A DNA stretch of 64,000 nucleotides, from the NCBI GenBank assembly GCA_951406725.2, contig OX597814.1, positions 36,518,001 through 36,582,000 of the forward strand, read 5' to 3'. Position 1 is the stretch's first letter. Each line of letters opens with the position of its first letter. The position numbers were made by a program, and so were the translations under genes. Shown piece after piece: positions 1-13,964 of the stretch. This DNA is from Octopus vulgaris. Lineage: Eukaryota. Under the pieces are notes generated by a model that was given only the letters and a program-made list of their open reading frames with translations, was not told where the DNA came from and ran no database searches.

Positions 1-255
1 CGTATATATGTATATATATATGTGTGTGTGTGTGTGTATACTTTTGAATGTCTGTGTTTGTCCCACCAACATCGCTTGACAACCGATGCTGGTGTGTTTA
101 TGTCCCCGTAACTTGGCAGTTTGGCAAGAGAGACTGATAAAATAAGTACTAGGCTTACAAGGAATAAGTCCTGGGGTCGATTTGCTCGACTAAAGGCGGT
201 GCTCCAGCATGGCCGCATTCAAACGACTGAAACAACTAAAAGCGTAAATGAGTAT
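1..255 (+). mobile_element. 3' half of tRNA-derived SINE family A
   Basis: Matches the 3' part of the copy at 4950-5345 (cttgacaaccgatgctggtg...ggcggtgctccagcatggccgca). Confidence 0.85.
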
Positions 256-679
256 TTGTTTTGTTCTTTTACTGGTTTCAGTCATTGGGCTGTGGACATA
301 CTTTGACATCACCTTCAAAAGTTTTAAATAATGATACTAACCACAGTAATTATATCGGAATGTTATGTATTGTACAAAACTTGAATTGTTGAGTTATGCC
401 TTGACATAAATGAACATTTGACACATCTTATATGGGTAAGCATAAACCCACAGAGCATACTGACATGCACACAAGCACATATGCATGCATACACAATGGG
501 TTTCCACACAACTGTAGCCTCACTTACAAAGCATTGATCAATGCAGGGAGCTTTGCAGTGGGCTCAAACTTACATCTGGAAACATTTGGTTATGAAGCAA
601 ACTTCTTAACTATATAGCTATGCCACGCTCACAGTTACCATTTAAAATATTGAATTAAAGAAGAGAATAAGTGCACCTT

Positions 680-771
680 AGTTATAATGCAATATTCAAG
701 ACAAGGACAGTTAGTGTAGAAGCTAAGTTATAATGCAATTTATAAGACAAGGACAGTTAGTGTTGAAGCTT
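680..771. repeat. Tandem duplication of a ~46-bp unit
   Basis: agttataatgcaat...agacaaggacagttagtgt(a/t)gaagct occurs twice in direct orientation. Confidence 0.85.
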
Positions 772-959
772 AAAACGTAATTACAAGTATGCTAAAGATT
801 GAAATTTATTTTCACAATATTAATCACATTGTGTATATCCATGTAATTCTTGCTGTTTAGCCCAAGATCAACAGTATTGTAGCCATGAATATCTCATTTT
901 TTTTCATTCAGACATATATTTAAGATAACATAGAAGTCATCCACTGCACTCTCATTACT

Positions 960-1171
960 GTATTTATTTTGGGATGCTCTGTGTTTCTCTCAATTATTTT
1001 AGATATGACAAAGAATTTAGTAAAACAACTTGGTTATCATTAAGCTGGTGTTAGGAACAGTAATTGTGACTAAGGTTTGGTGAAAGATTTTAATTCAAAA
1101 TTTATGAAAACAAGATATTTGTACTACAGAGCCAGAGCCGGTTTCAGCCAGGTTGGTATCAAAAGGGTTAA
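960..1171. mobile_element. Possible piggyBac-type MITE end
   Basis: Ends in AAAGGG followed by TTAA (1168-1171); matching left terminus not found. Confidence 0.35.
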
Positions 1172-1305
1172 GAAGGGTATCCAGCTGTAGAAACCACACT
1201 AAACTGGACTGGAGCCTGTTACAGCTTTCTGACTTACCAGTGCCAGCCAAACCATCTAACTCATGCCAGCATGGAAAAACAGATACTAAATGATGATGAT
1301 GATGA
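1172..1305 (+). mobile_element. 5'-truncated RTE-type 3' UTR copy with (ATG)n tail
   Basis: tccagctgtagaaac...catgccagcatggaaaa...(atg)n, homologous to the 3' end of the RTE relic at 24921-26390. Confidence 0.75.
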
Positions 1306-2689
1306 TATATTTAAGGCTGTATTATCCAATATATCCTTACCATTTTAGGACAATAATGTGTTATGGCTGTTATTTCTAGCAGGTTGTATAATTACAAAGC
1401 ATCTCTATTGCTGGTCTAGACATTGTGAAAATTGGTTGAACTTGCAATTTAATATTGATGAGTCTAGTTCAGTTTTGATTTTATGGTTTAATTACTCTAA
1501 TTAGTGAATTAGCTGAAGAGCAAAGTTTCAGCCATTAGAGGAAACAACATTAAATTTGTATCTACTTTTTGTAAAGAAGCATCATCTTCTAGAGCAAACA
1601 AAGAAAGTTACAGCATTTTGTTTAATTGATGAAAACATAAAAAGTTAGTCGTTCTTGAAATATCCATTATCCCCACATTTGTCATTATGTTCTCAAACAT
1701 TTCATCTGCCTATAATTTCACAATGCCAATCCTAACACAGTGGATAGGAATTTCCAGACAATTCACTATGGCTTCATATTTATCATGTGGCATCTGGTTT
1801 TAGAATTATAATATTATATCCTTGCATGTTGTGAGAGATAGCTAAAAGGTGCTGGTAGCAAGAGCAGGACATACAAGTGGGAAAAAGAGCTTCAGAAAAA
1901 AACCTATCTAACCCATGCTAATATCGATGAGGAGAGGCAAAATGATAATAATGATGATGGTGATGATGATGATAATGACAATGTGGACAATAACAATGAT
2001 GATGATGGTAATGGTGGTAATTTTAATCATGATGATAATGATGACGATTATGATAATGATTGTTGTTGTTGTTGTTAAGCAACAAGATGGGTAAGGGTGA
2101 TTAGGTGATGTTCTAGGGCTTAGGGGTGGGAGACACCAGACCTTGGAAAAAAAAAACTTTGGTCGTCTTGTTGTAGTCGAGGGTTCTTTGTTGACGCCCG
2201 ACACCACTGGGTGGTGGCCCTCAAAGTCGCAGGAAATGGAGATCTCATGGTCCAAATTCTTGAACGGCTGATGGTGATGATGGCGGTGGTGGTGGTGGTG
2301 ATGATGATGGCGATCCTGTGGCTTGAAATTTCAGTTAAGCAGGGCAAAGAAATTAGAATAAAAATGCTTGGAAATCAAACCTGTTTTAATAACATGACTT
2401 AGGAGCAGTTGTGCATCACTTTACAATACTCACATAATCACATATCAGTACATTATAATTCAATAGAGGATCGCTATATATAAAAAAAAGAATAGTTTAA
2501 ATATATTTTAGGTACTCGTGCAAGGTGTTTCCAAACTAAAGAACAAATAGACAAGAAAATTTTGTATTCTGCATTTAATAATAATTATCCTGACAATTGA
2601 TACAGTCTTTCCATCTATGACTGGAATCATACAATTTCTGAAATCATATGATCTTCTGACTCTACGTTGCAGATTGGATTGGACGTCAC

Positions 2690-3045
2690 TGAACGGTTCC
2701 AGATGATTAATATCCTGGGCAAGATAGGGGTTCCAGACCAGTGATGCAAATTCCAGGTGAGGCCACACCATAGCTATATAAAGCCTCAGATAGATAGCCG
2801 GAGAGCGGCTCACAAAGGACTTGGTAAGTGATGCCAAGACACTCTCAGCTTTCTTGGCAATTTTAGCAATGTGTTTTGTCCAATGCAAATCGCTGTCGAC
2901 AATAATGCCCAGGTCACATTCACAAGAAAACTTTTTGAGATTAGAGTTTTGGAGGGAGTAAGTAGACGCTGGATTTTTCCTCCCAAAATGCATGGTGGTA
3001 CATTTGTCCACAGCCAGTCAATGATCCACTGCTGCATGCTGGGGT
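2690..3045 (-). pseudogene. CR1/Jockey-group LINE reverse transcriptase C-terminal fragment
   Basis: ORF 2508-3011 contains DKCTTMHFG, CECDLGIIVDSDLHW, HIAKIAKKA and PHLEFASLVWNPY, typical of the post-RT thumb region. Confidence 0.85.
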
Positions 3046-4949
3046 AAAAGTTGCCAAATATTTCCAAAGTTGAAATAAATATATTATATCTCAGTTTCTT
3101 CAGTTTATCTTCCCTTGTTAATTTTTGAGATTACAATTCAAAAGGATATGTACAAAAAAATGACAAATTAAAAATGAGAACATGCCGGGATGTAAGTTCT
3201 AACAAATCAAATTTGTACACACTGGCACTGAAATTTCTAAAGCAGGGCCAAAATTTTTTGTATAAACTTCAATATCTTCTAATTTGCTTCTGCTATAACA
3301 GACACAAATTAAACTTTTGGAGTGAAACACAATTTTCAAAATGATAAACAATTAACTTGATGTTAATTTTTCTTCTTCAGAAATAAAAGTTCTTTCAGTA
3401 GCTTCTAGAAATATGCAGTATCATCAATATGCAGTTGTGCTGATATACAACACATGTAGCTACAGAAATTGCTATCATGCTGACACTGCTATTGTTGTTA
3501 CCACTTGGTTATTCAAAAATTTGTGTGATGATAGCAGTGCTGGTATTGGTTGTATTGGTTTTGGTGCTAGGCATAGTTTTGGTGGTGGCAGTGGTTACAT
3601 TGTTCTTGCTAATTGCATTGTTGTTTAGTTTTCCAATAATCCATTTTCCTATGATCAAAGATATTTTACTCAACTTTTAAAATACACTATAGAACAATAT
3701 TATCATGTGTGATTGCTTTAATTTCAAATGGAGTTGTTTATCTTGTTCATAATATTATTGTTATAGTTGTTGGCTATTAAAGAAACGATGAGTTAACAAT
3801 GATTCTGGTTGCATTGACTTTGGAGTTGTTGATAGTTAATTATATTTACTAGTAATACCTAATTCTGGATTCTACGTTGCTTCTCTATTTTACTACTACA
3901 TGGTGATACAAGGATTTGGCTGAGATAAGTACACTTGCTACACTTTTTACTCCTGACAGCTAACTTATTACTTCAGTTACTTTCCAATACCCCTAAGTGT
4001 CATGTTTACAGGTTTTGTTTTTCTATCTGCTCAATGACCTTAAATGTACATATATGTGCATGTATGAAGTTTTTCGTGTAAAGAACTGTTTGTTGGCATC
4101 CTTTTTGTCTTGGGAGACAATGGAGTTGTGCATAAAATAATCTAGTCTGGCTTTTACATTTCATGTCCTAATACATCTCCTGCTGTGGCTATGAAGTCCT
4201 ATCCTGGACAAACACTCCCTCTGGGAAGTAGTTGCCAGCAACCATGGAGATTGGTGACATACCGTAAAAGAGGGAACACAAAGGAGTGACAGAGGGAGAG
4301 AGGAGAAATGGAAAGACAAGAAAAGACGTCAACAAGAAACTATAACATTACAACCAGCTAGGCAAAGTCTTCACTACATTTGCGGAAGAACTGTATGCCT
4401 CTATAATTATATATGAAACTTTGTTCACCAGTATGATTTCAGCTTTCTGGTAGCACAATATTTTAACTCTGCAACCTCCTTGAATTACCTTCCATGTCAT
4501 AGAATAGTGTTTATTTGTAAAGCTTTACATCTATCTATTTCAATGAAATCAGGCAAATTAAAAAAAACTGTCATAATTTTATTTTTATTACTTAATTATG
4601 ATACCAAAACCGATAGATTTATAATTCTTATGTCAATACTTTACCAATTATTTTTCAACATGTGCTCTGTCTGTATCCCTGCAAATTTCAAATCTATCTT
4701 TAGCATTGTGAAACATGCTGAAGCATTTCAGGAGTTATTGCCTTCACTGCTAATTGAATGCAGTCTTTAAGTTCAACTAAACTATTGCTCCATTTTAGGG
4801 ATGGAGATAGAGAAAATAACTACAGCCAAATTGAAAAGAAGCTGTCATGAACAGATGTGTGGGATCCAACAGGAATGAAAATAAAATGACAAAAATAAAT
4901 AATAAAAATAATAAAATAATAAACAAAATTTAAAATTTATACACATATA

Positions 4950-5345
4950 GGCGCAGGAGTGGCTGTGTGGTAAGTAGCTTGCTAACCAACCACATGGTTC
5001 CGGGTTCAGTCCCACTGCGTGGCATTTTGGGCAAGAGTCTTCTGCTATAGCCCCGGGCCGACCAATGTGAGTGGATTTGGTAGACGGAAACTGAAAGAAG
5101 CCTGTCGTATATATGTATATATATGTGTGTGTGTCTGTGTTTGTCCCCCTAGCGTTGCTTGACAACCGATGCTGGTGTGTTTACGTTCCCGTCACCTAGC
5201 GGTTCGGCAAAAGAGACCGATAGAATAAGTACTGGGCTTACAAAGAATAAGTCCCGGGGTCGATTTGCTCGACTAAAGGTGGTGCTCCAGCATGGCCGCA
5301 GTCAAATGACTGAAACAAGTAAAAGAGAAAAAGAGAAAAGAGAAT
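4950..5345 (+). mobile_element. Near full-length tRNA-derived SINE family A (Octopus-type)
   Basis: A-box-like tggctgtgtgg, B-box-like ggttcagtccc, internal (TA)/(TG) tract and aaagag tail; many related copies in the window. Confidence 0.9.
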
Positions 5346-6243
5346 ATTAAACATGATAAACATGATTTTTTGTATGTAAGCATATAGATATGAAAATAAA
5401 CAGATCAACATGCAGACAGACAGGTACATCGGTTACAAGAACAGAAACATATGGATCCACGGATCCACATATAAAGATGCACATCTAAACATACAAACAT
5501 GTTACATAGTTGCATAACACACTCACACACAGACAAGCACACACAAGGAGACAGAGGTGCATACATATACAAACACATGCTCTCACACACATACATAGAA
5601 AATACACAAACATGGACATGCAAGCACATAAATAAGCAGGATACGTACATACAGATGCACACACATACATACATATATACATATACATACACACACATAT
5701 AAACATACATACACATGCAAACACACACATACATACATATAAACATATACATACACACACATATAAACATACATACAAATGCAAACACACACATACATAC
5801 ATACATGCATGTATAGGCACACACGCACATGCTGACCCACACACATATGCACAAACAAACAAAAGGGAATGCAGTGTAAATAACGGACAGAGTCAAGACT
5901 ATTGAAAAGGTTGCAAGATGCACGAAAATTTTAGGAAAATGAAAATATAATTCTGGGATACTCTGTATTTTAGTCTTTAATTGTTTTGTAGTATATGTGT
6001 ATGTAATGGTATGTAGAGACATATTTGTATATGTAACCATGTGTATATAGCTATTTATATGTATATATGCATGTATATATATATATATATATATACATGC
6101 ATATATACATATAAGTATATATATACACATGCATATATACATATAAATAGCTATATACACATATATATTCTTTAATATACACATGGCTACATATACAAAT
6201 ATGTCTCTATATGCCATTACATATATATATTTATATATAAATA

Positions 6244-6313
<70 letters not shown>

Positions 6314-6349
6314 TGCATATATATTTGTTTGCATATGTTTATACATATG

Positions 6350-6690
6350 TGAAGGCACATGCAACAGTGATTAGAACATCAGGTTCACAACCATGAGGTA
6401 GTGAGTACTGATCCCAGGACTGGGTTATGTGCTGTGTTCTTGAGCAAGACGCTCTATTTCATTTTGCTCCAGTTCACTCAGTTATAGAAATGAGTTGTGA
6501 TGTCACTGGTGCCAAGCTGTATCAGTCTTTGCTTTTTCTTTGGATAACATCGGTGGCATGGCGAGGTGAGGTTGGTATGTATGGGTCACTGCTGGTCTTC
6601 CATAAACAACCTTTCTCAGACTTATGCCTTGGAGGGGAACAGTTTAGGTTCAATCCCATGGCCTTTCATTACTGAAGAGGGTCTTCACCA
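6350..6690 (+). mobile_element. Degenerate tRNA-headed SINE
   Basis: tRNA-like head and core tgtgttcttgagcaag...ttgctccagttcactca shared with the copies at 26740-26980 and 54590-54775. Confidence 0.65.
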
Positions 6691-7050
6691 TTTTTTTTAC
6701 ATGCACCTATAGTTATATGTATATACTGATTTGTTTTGTATACTTAGTATCTTTTTCTTGTTCAATGTTTCTGGACTAGTGTGTAACCTACTACCATCAC
6801 CCAACTTCATCTTTATTCTTTTTCTTTTGCATTCTCCACTAAAGCGGATTATTTTCATCTAAGCTGTCGTATACACCTGATGCATTAGTAGACTGAATGT
6901 CTACCAGATATTCTTAACGTTATGTAAGACACCTTGATGTGCTTGTGAAACTGCTGTGGTACTTGACTACATGTTCCATTCCTTTTATACACACACACGC
7001 GCACACACAAGTGTGTGAGTCTGGAGGCACTTATATACATAAGTATGCAT

Positions 7051-7230
7051 GTGGGGGCACGTGGTTTAATGTTTAGGATGTTGCACGCATGATCATAAGA
7101 TTGCGAGTTCGATTCCTCGATTGGGTCATGTGTTGTGTTCTTAAACAATCCTGTGACAGACTGGCATCCTGTCCTGTGGGGAAACACAGATGCCAGAAAA
7201 CCTGGGAAACCAGCCTTATGAGCCTTTGAT
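7051..7230 (+). mobile_element. tRNA-headed SINE family D with internal deletion
   Basis: B box gagttcgattcc; 3' part matches the reverse complement of 26740-26830. Confidence 0.7.
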
Positions 7231-7251
7231 TCAGCTTCTTTTTGATATATG

Positions 7252-7319
<68 letters not shown>

Positions 7320-7366
7320 TACATACATGCACCTCCCACACACACACATACACACACACACACACA

Positions 7367-7756
7367 CATCATCATCATCATCATCATCGTTATCGTCCGC
7401 TTTCCATGCTAGCATGGGTTGGACGATTTGACTGAGGCCTGGCGAACCAGATGGCTGCACCAGACTCCAGTCTGATCTGGCAGAGTTTCTACAGTTGGAT
7501 GCCCTTCCTAATGCCAATCACTCTGAGAGTGTAGTGGTTGTTTTTACGTGCCACCGGCACAATAGCCAGTCAGGCGGTACTGGCAATGGCCAAGCTCAAA
7601 TGGTGCTTTTTATGTGCCACCTGCACAGGAGCCAGTCTAGCGGCAGTGGAAACGACCTCGCTCAAATGTTTTTTCATGTGCCACCAACATAAGTGCCAGT
7701 AAGGCGGCACAGGTAATGATCACACTCAAATGGTGCTTTTTATGTGCCACTGGTGC

Positions 7757-7757
<1 letters not shown>
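7367..7757 (-). mobile_element. RTE-type 3' UTR copy with internal sub-repeats
   Basis: (cat)n...ccatgctagcatgggttggacg followed by repeated ggtgctttttatgtgccac units. Confidence 0.8.
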
Positions 7758-7790
<33 letters not shown>

Positions 7791-7794
<4 letters not shown>

Positions 7795-8203
7795 AATAAG
7801 AAAATGTAGGAACAGATTCCTTTCAATCATCGACTTACAGATAATACCAATTCATATTATTTATTAACTACTTAAATAGTACTTATTTATTGATGTATAT
7901 TGTTTTATTCTGTTTTATTCTGTTGGATCTGGATGTTCCTATTTAAGTAGTTAATAAATAATATGAATTGGTATTATCTGTAAGTCGATGATTGAAAGGA
8001 ATCTGTTCCTCCATTTTCTTATTTGTATTATGATTTTGAGGTAAAATATTTTACCTTCGCCCGTCTAATACAATAAATGAATTAATTGCATTGCAATTAT
8101 AAACATTTATGTATTTGCCTTTTGGGTACTTCACTAGCAGTATATTGGATAACTGATATCCCATAGTGGGTTACACTCATAAACCATATCTCACTTTGTA
8201 CTT
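7791..8203. mobile_element. (TA)n-embedded element with 89-bp inverted arms (PLE-like terminus)
   Basis: 7791-7879 is the reverse complement of 7939-8027 with 1 mismatch; TA tracts on both sides. Confidence 0.7.
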
Positions 8204-8214
8204 ATATATATATA

Positions 8215-8492
8215 CTCTTTTACTCTTTTACTCTTTTACTTGTTTCAGTCATTTGACTGCAGCCATGCTGGAGTACCGCCTTTAATCGAGCAACTCGATC
8301 CCGGGACTTATTCTTTTGTAAGCCCAGTACTTATTCTATCGGTCTCTGTTGTCAGTCAATGCTAGGGGGACAAACACAAACATACATGCACACACACATA
8401 TATATATACATATATACGACAGGCTTCTTTCAGTTTCCGTCTACCAAATCCACTCACAAGGCTTTGGTCGGCCCGAGGCTATAGCAGAAGAC
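8215..8492 (-). mobile_element. SINE family A, partial and internally deleted
   Basis: Reverse complement of segments of 4950-5345. Confidence 0.85.
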
Positions 8493-9049
8493 AATTCAAA
8501 CATGGCCACACCTCAGTGGAGAGCAAGGTAGGCCATCTACAAGCCAAAAACGAGGAGCTGATTGAGAAAGGTCGGTGAATATTCATTGTAGACCAGTGTG
8601 CAACAATCCAAGAAATTGCTCATGGAAAAGAAATAAGCTTAGGATCAATGCACTCCATTTTAATGGAGTATTTATGCATGTTGAGAGCATTGGTGAAATT
8701 TGTCCCCAAGGTGGCAGCAGAGAAGCACAAGCAACTCCAAATGGAAATCATTCAAAATATGCTGGATGGTGCAAACCATGACCTAGACATGAAGATCATC
8801 ATCACTGGTGACGTGATGTGAGATTTTGGTCTCTGTTTGGTCATCTTGTATGAAAATAAAAATCCGATGAGTGAGCATTATAGGTTTGTATTCTAGGCAT
8901 AACAGGGAGGACTGACAAGGCCTACTGACATGAAAAATTTCAGTAGTGTGCAGGAAAGATGGACTCACCTCCCATCCAAAGATTTTTCATACCCAATATT
9001 AGTTTTGGCGGGAAAAATAAAGTTGCATACTTTTAGAATGCACTTTGTA
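8493..9049 (+). pseudogene. Mariner transposase relic with probable 3' TIR
   Basis: Manual translation across frameshifts: FKHGHTSVES..GRPST..IQEIAHGKEISLGSMHSIL..KFVPK..IITGD (WVPHEL-equivalent and first catalytic D motif); ends gcatacttttagaatgcactttgTA. Confidence 0.75.
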
Positions 9050-9059
9050 TCTATGTATG

Positions 9060-9123
<64 letters not shown>

Positions 9124-9270
9124 AATCTATCTATCTATCTATCTATCGATCTATCTATCTACTTACCTTCTTATCTACTTATCTATCTATCTACTTATAT
9201 ACTTATCTACTTATCTATCTATCTATCTATATACCTATCTATCTATCTACCTATCCAGCACATCCGTCTA

Positions 9271-9352
<82 letters not shown>
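9050..9352. repeat. (TATC)n/(TGTC)n/(TA)n compound microsatellite
   Basis: Read directly from the sequence. Confidence 0.95.
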
Positions 9353-9355
<3 letters not shown>

Positions 9356-9948
9356 ACACACACGTATGCATATATATGTAAACACACCTATATAACAACA
9401 AAAGCAAATGAATGAATTATAGAGTATTGCTGCAATGTTTTTAATTAAGAGATTTTATTGTGTTATGTGTGTGTGGATAAGAGATACAGGCTTATTCAGT
9501 TTGTCTCCTCAATGTTGTCTAAGGGCAAGGCAAGTGCCAGTATGACTTAGCTCCAATGTTGTTACCGAATCTGCAAGAACTATGTTATATATAACATTGA
9601 AAATGTTTGAGAAATTCAGCTGCTGATTATTTCTTAGAGATTATTTCCAAAGCCTTTCTTTCCCATGGATGGGTATTGCTGCAAGGCAGTAGTATTTTGA
9701 GGACTGAGCTTGTACTCTCTTAAATGAAATACTCTACCGGACTGATGACTACCTTCTACCCAAAGTACTAGTTTAAAGCCTCAGCACCTAACTGTTCTGC
9801 TGGACTTAGAGGGTAAGAAACACAACAAGGTCAGAAATCTGGTTTCATTGTCAAAGACTGGTTGAGATGCTTGCCATGAGAAACGTTAATTTAATCCTGA
9901 GTGCTAATTGCCATTATCAGTAGTCAGCTCGACTACTTTGGCTATATA

Positions 9949-9984
<36 letters not shown>

Positions 9985-10631
9985 TGTATGTATGTATGAA
10001 TATATGTATGAATATATGTATGCATGTATGTGTGTATGTATGTGTGTGCATACATGTGCATGCATATGTGCATGCATGTACATTCATGTGTGTGTGCATG
10101 TGCATGCATGTGTGTGTGCATCTGCGTGTATGTGTGAGTGTGTGTGTGAGAGAGAAAGTGTAAAACCTTGAGGCTAAGATTCTAGACTCCCAGTCATAAA
10201 GTCATGGGTCCCATTCATTAAATAGGGAGCACATCGTATCTTTGAGCAAAGCACATCATCATCATCATCATCGTTTAACGTCCGTTCTCCATGCTAGCAT
10301 GGGTTGGACGGTTCGACCGGGGTTATTTAATTTTATTCCTGCCAACTCAGCTGAATGAGAATACTACTTAACTGCTGGTGACGTTCTCTCATTTTCCAGC
10401 AGTCATATGCTCAGTCTATCTCTGGGTCAAGGATGGAAGGTCCAAGAGTTTGTGAATATATCTGCTCACAACTACAGAAGCACTAAAGAATGTAGCAAAA
10501 GTGAGGTACAAATTATCGATTTATACTTGATTGTGAGTGATGCTGTCAGCCTGTTTATTTATCTGTACATACATACATACATACATACATACATACATAC
10601 ATACATACATACATACATACATACATACATA

Positions 10632-11938
10632 CAGGGGTTGGACAAAATAATGGAAACACCTAGCATCATAGCATCATAATTTTGAAACATTTATGAAACC
10701 ATCCAAGGCTTGTTTACTTTTATGTTTTTTTATTATTATTAGTGTTGCTTAATATGTTTTGCTAAAATTGCTGTTTCTTTTCAGATATCATCAGAAAAAG
10801 GTAATTAAAATTCATTAAAATGACAGATCTATCAGACTTTCAAAGAGGTCAAATTGTTGGGGCTTGTATGGCAGGTGCTAGCATAATGAAAACAGCTGAA
10901 ATGTTTGGTGTATCAAGAAGTACTATCTTCAAAGTAATGACAGCTTTTGAGAAAGAGGGAAAAACCTCTTCGTTGAAACAAAACTGCGGAAGAAAACCAA
11001 AACATTCAGATAGGGACTGTTGGACTCTTATGTGAGTTATTAGAAAGGATCACAAAAGTACAGCTCCCAAAATGACTGCAGAGCTCAATGACCCCTTTGA
11101 GAACCCAGTTTCCACAAAAACTCTTTTCCGGGAGCTGCACAAAGCCAGATTTCATGGGAGGGCCACAATCAGAAAACCATTATTTTCAAAAACAAACATT
11201 GCAAAGCATTTAGAGTGGAGTAAAAACCTACAGAATTGGTCCCTAGAGCAGTGAAAGAATGTTATTTTCTTGGATGAGTCATTCTTTACTTTATTTCCGA
11301 CCACCATTCAAGTATAAGTGTGGAGACAGCCAAAAGAAGCATTTAACCCAGACTGCCTTCTTCCAACTGTTAAACATGGAGGAAGATCTGTGATGATCTG
11401 GTGTTGGTGGTGTTGGTGGTGGTGGTGGGGGGGGGGGTGCTATACCTTGGAAATCTGCTGGCCCAATAGTTTCCCTTTATGGCAGAATTAATAATCAAGA
11501 CTATTTAAGCATTTTCTCTGATCAAATTTATTCTATGGTTGCAGAACTGTTTCTGGGGGTGGGATGCAATCTTTCAGAATAATAATGCACCAATTCACAG
11601 AGCAAAAGTTGTTACTGAATGGCACAAGGAACATTCATGTGAAGTTGAACATCCTATCTGGCCACCACAGTTCCCAGATCTCAGTATTATTGAACATGTA
11701 TAGTGCATTTTAGAAAAACAAGTAAGGAGTCAATATCCTCCACCATCATTACTATATGAACCGGAGACTGTTTTAGCTGAAAAATGGACAAAAATTCCTT
11801 TGGAAACTATTCAAACTTTGTACGAGTCCATAGCTTGTAGAATTCAAACCGTAATTATTGCCAAAGGTGGTCCTAACCCATATTAAAATATATTTGTTTG
11901 AAATTTAAAGGTGTTACCATTATTTTGTCCAACACCTA
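10632..11938 (+). mobile_element. Full-length decayed Tc1 (DD34E-type) transposon
   Basis: TIRs CAGGGGTTGGACAAAATAATGGAAACACCT and AGGTGTTACCATTATTTTGTCCAACACCTA, TA at both ends, inserted in a (TACA)n tract. Confidence 0.95.
10820..11886 (+). pseudogene. Tc1 transposase pseudogene
   Basis: MTDLSDFQRGQIVG (HTH), GRKPK, VIFLDES, FQNNNAPIH, WPPQFPDLSIIEH, GGPNPY*; stops and frameshifts present. Confidence 0.93.
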
Positions 11939-12573
11939 TACATACATTTAATAAACACAGATTTAAATGTGAGATTATATAGATATCTTACTTGGAAAAT
12001 ACAGTGATTGGATGAGTTTGTATAGAATGCTATGCTCTACACTGTAAATGATTGCAAGATAGTACACAACATGCTATATATTATACAAGCCCTTCAGATT
12101 GTTGTATTTTCCAAGCATGAGACTAACGTTAGTTCACATTGACGTCCTGTGTTTATTAAATGATATTTATCTCTGGCTGAATGAAGTATTTCTTCAGTTG
12201 ACCCTATCAATAATGGAACAATACAAATGTTCTCCCCTCTTTCTCTTCTTTTTCTCTTTCACTCTCTCTCTCTCTATATATATATATCTATATATACATA
12301 TATTATATAGATGGATGCATGTATATATATATATGCATCCTTATATAAATGTATGTATATAAGTGTTTATGTATACTTGTGTGTGTATGTATGTGCATGC
12401 ATGCATGCATGTATGTATGTATGTTAGGCCCTCATACAAAACACATACATATACCCGTCACATATATACACACATGCATTCTTGAATGTATAGAGTTTTA
12501 TAAAGTAGCATGAGTACTTGTCAAGAAAAGTAACGTCAACATCTATATCTTATCTTTACTGTTGTATACATAC

Positions 12574-12649
12574 CTGGAATCGATATCTTCAGACAGAAGA
12601 TGATTGAAATACCATCTATAAGATGATGAGCTCTTGAGATGATAAATGG
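12574..12649 (-). other. Candidate 76-bp spliced exon of an unidentified gene
   Basis: Minus strand reads ttatattacAG|CCATTT...TTCCAG|GTATGT; two frames open; no recognisable domain. Confidence 0.3.
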
Positions 12650-13629
12650 CTGTAATATAATGATAAATAGCTTTAATGAGAGATCATTCAAAATCTGAAC
12701 TAAGCACACTAGAGAAAAGACCATCTTATCCTGAGATCTCATTAAAACTTTAAAGACTATGGCTGGAGTAATTTTTGCAGTGTTACTTCTGTGTATAGAG
12801 TGACCAATATGAAATAAAGTATTGTTTAAATTAAATTACACTAAATATTACATTATTTTTTCAGTCAAGTTTATATAAGTTTAATGAAAAAGATATATAA
12901 CCCTGTTATTTTTATTTAGAATATGTTTACAAAATATATTCTATATTATTCACACTCATTTGAAACCACTTTGAATCTCATAAATTATTAACTTTTTGAC
13001 TTAATGTTTTCAATGAAACAGACAAATATTTGTCAAAGGTACTTGTAGTGGAATAAACAGTTGATCCAATGACAAGAATTAATACTGCGAGTGAAACTGT
13101 ATCTACTTGTCAAATATAACACCAGATTTAGTTTACATCTCACAAGATCATCTCAAGGAATCTCTGGAGATTTTGCATTTTCTGTTTGTTTTATAAGTTA
13201 TTTTTATCTTAAGAGGTTTTTGATGTTATTTTATAAATTATTAGTTTTAAATATTATTAGAGTCAGAATTTTTCTTGGTGTGGTAGATTTGCAGGATTCA
13301 TACAGTGAATGATAAACTATGTTATATGTAATTCAGTTCTTTCTGAGTTCAGTCTTACTGAGGTTCAGTTTACTGTTCATCATTTTGGGTCACCAAAATG
13401 AGGTAACAAACATATATATATATATGCTATGCTAGTTGTGATCAGCACTATTCTTTTCACAAATGGTATAGATGTAGCAGTTTAGTTAAAGAATTTGTTT
13501 CAGTCATATGATAATAGGTTTAGTGGCAGTGCATGGTACTTAGGCTTGTATCTTTTAGCATTGGCTGATTAATACTATGTGAAGGAATTTGTACACAGAA
13601 ACTCTGGTGGGGAGGGCATTTTTATATAT

Positions 13630-13940
13630 AGCACCATCCGAATGTGGCCGATGCCAGTGCCGCCTCAACCGGCTTCTGTGTCGGTGGCACATAATACGCA
13701 CCAACTGGTCGTGGCCACTGCCAGCCTCCCCTGGCACCTGTGCTGGTGGCACGTAAAAAGCACCCACTACACTCACGGAGGGGTTGGCATTAGGAAAAGC
13801 ATCCAGCTGTAGAAACACTGCCAGATGAGACTGGAGCCTGGTGCAGCCTCCTGGCTTCCCAGGCCCCGATCGAACCTTCCAACTCGTGCTAGCATGGAAA
13901 ACGAACGTTAAACGATGATGATGATGATAATGAGGATGAT
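13630..13940 (+). mobile_element. RTE-type 3' UTR copy with (ATG)n tail
   Basis: Homologous to 7367-7757 in opposite orientation. Confidence 0.8.
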
Positions 13941-13964
13941 GACTGTGTGTATGAGTGTGTTCGT

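Noticed and set aside
7540-7757. Regularly spaced ggtgctttttatgtgccac units resembling a CRISPR array
   Set aside because: Spacers resemble each other, the units lie inside an RTE 3' UTR repeat, the context is eukaryotic and no cas genes are present.
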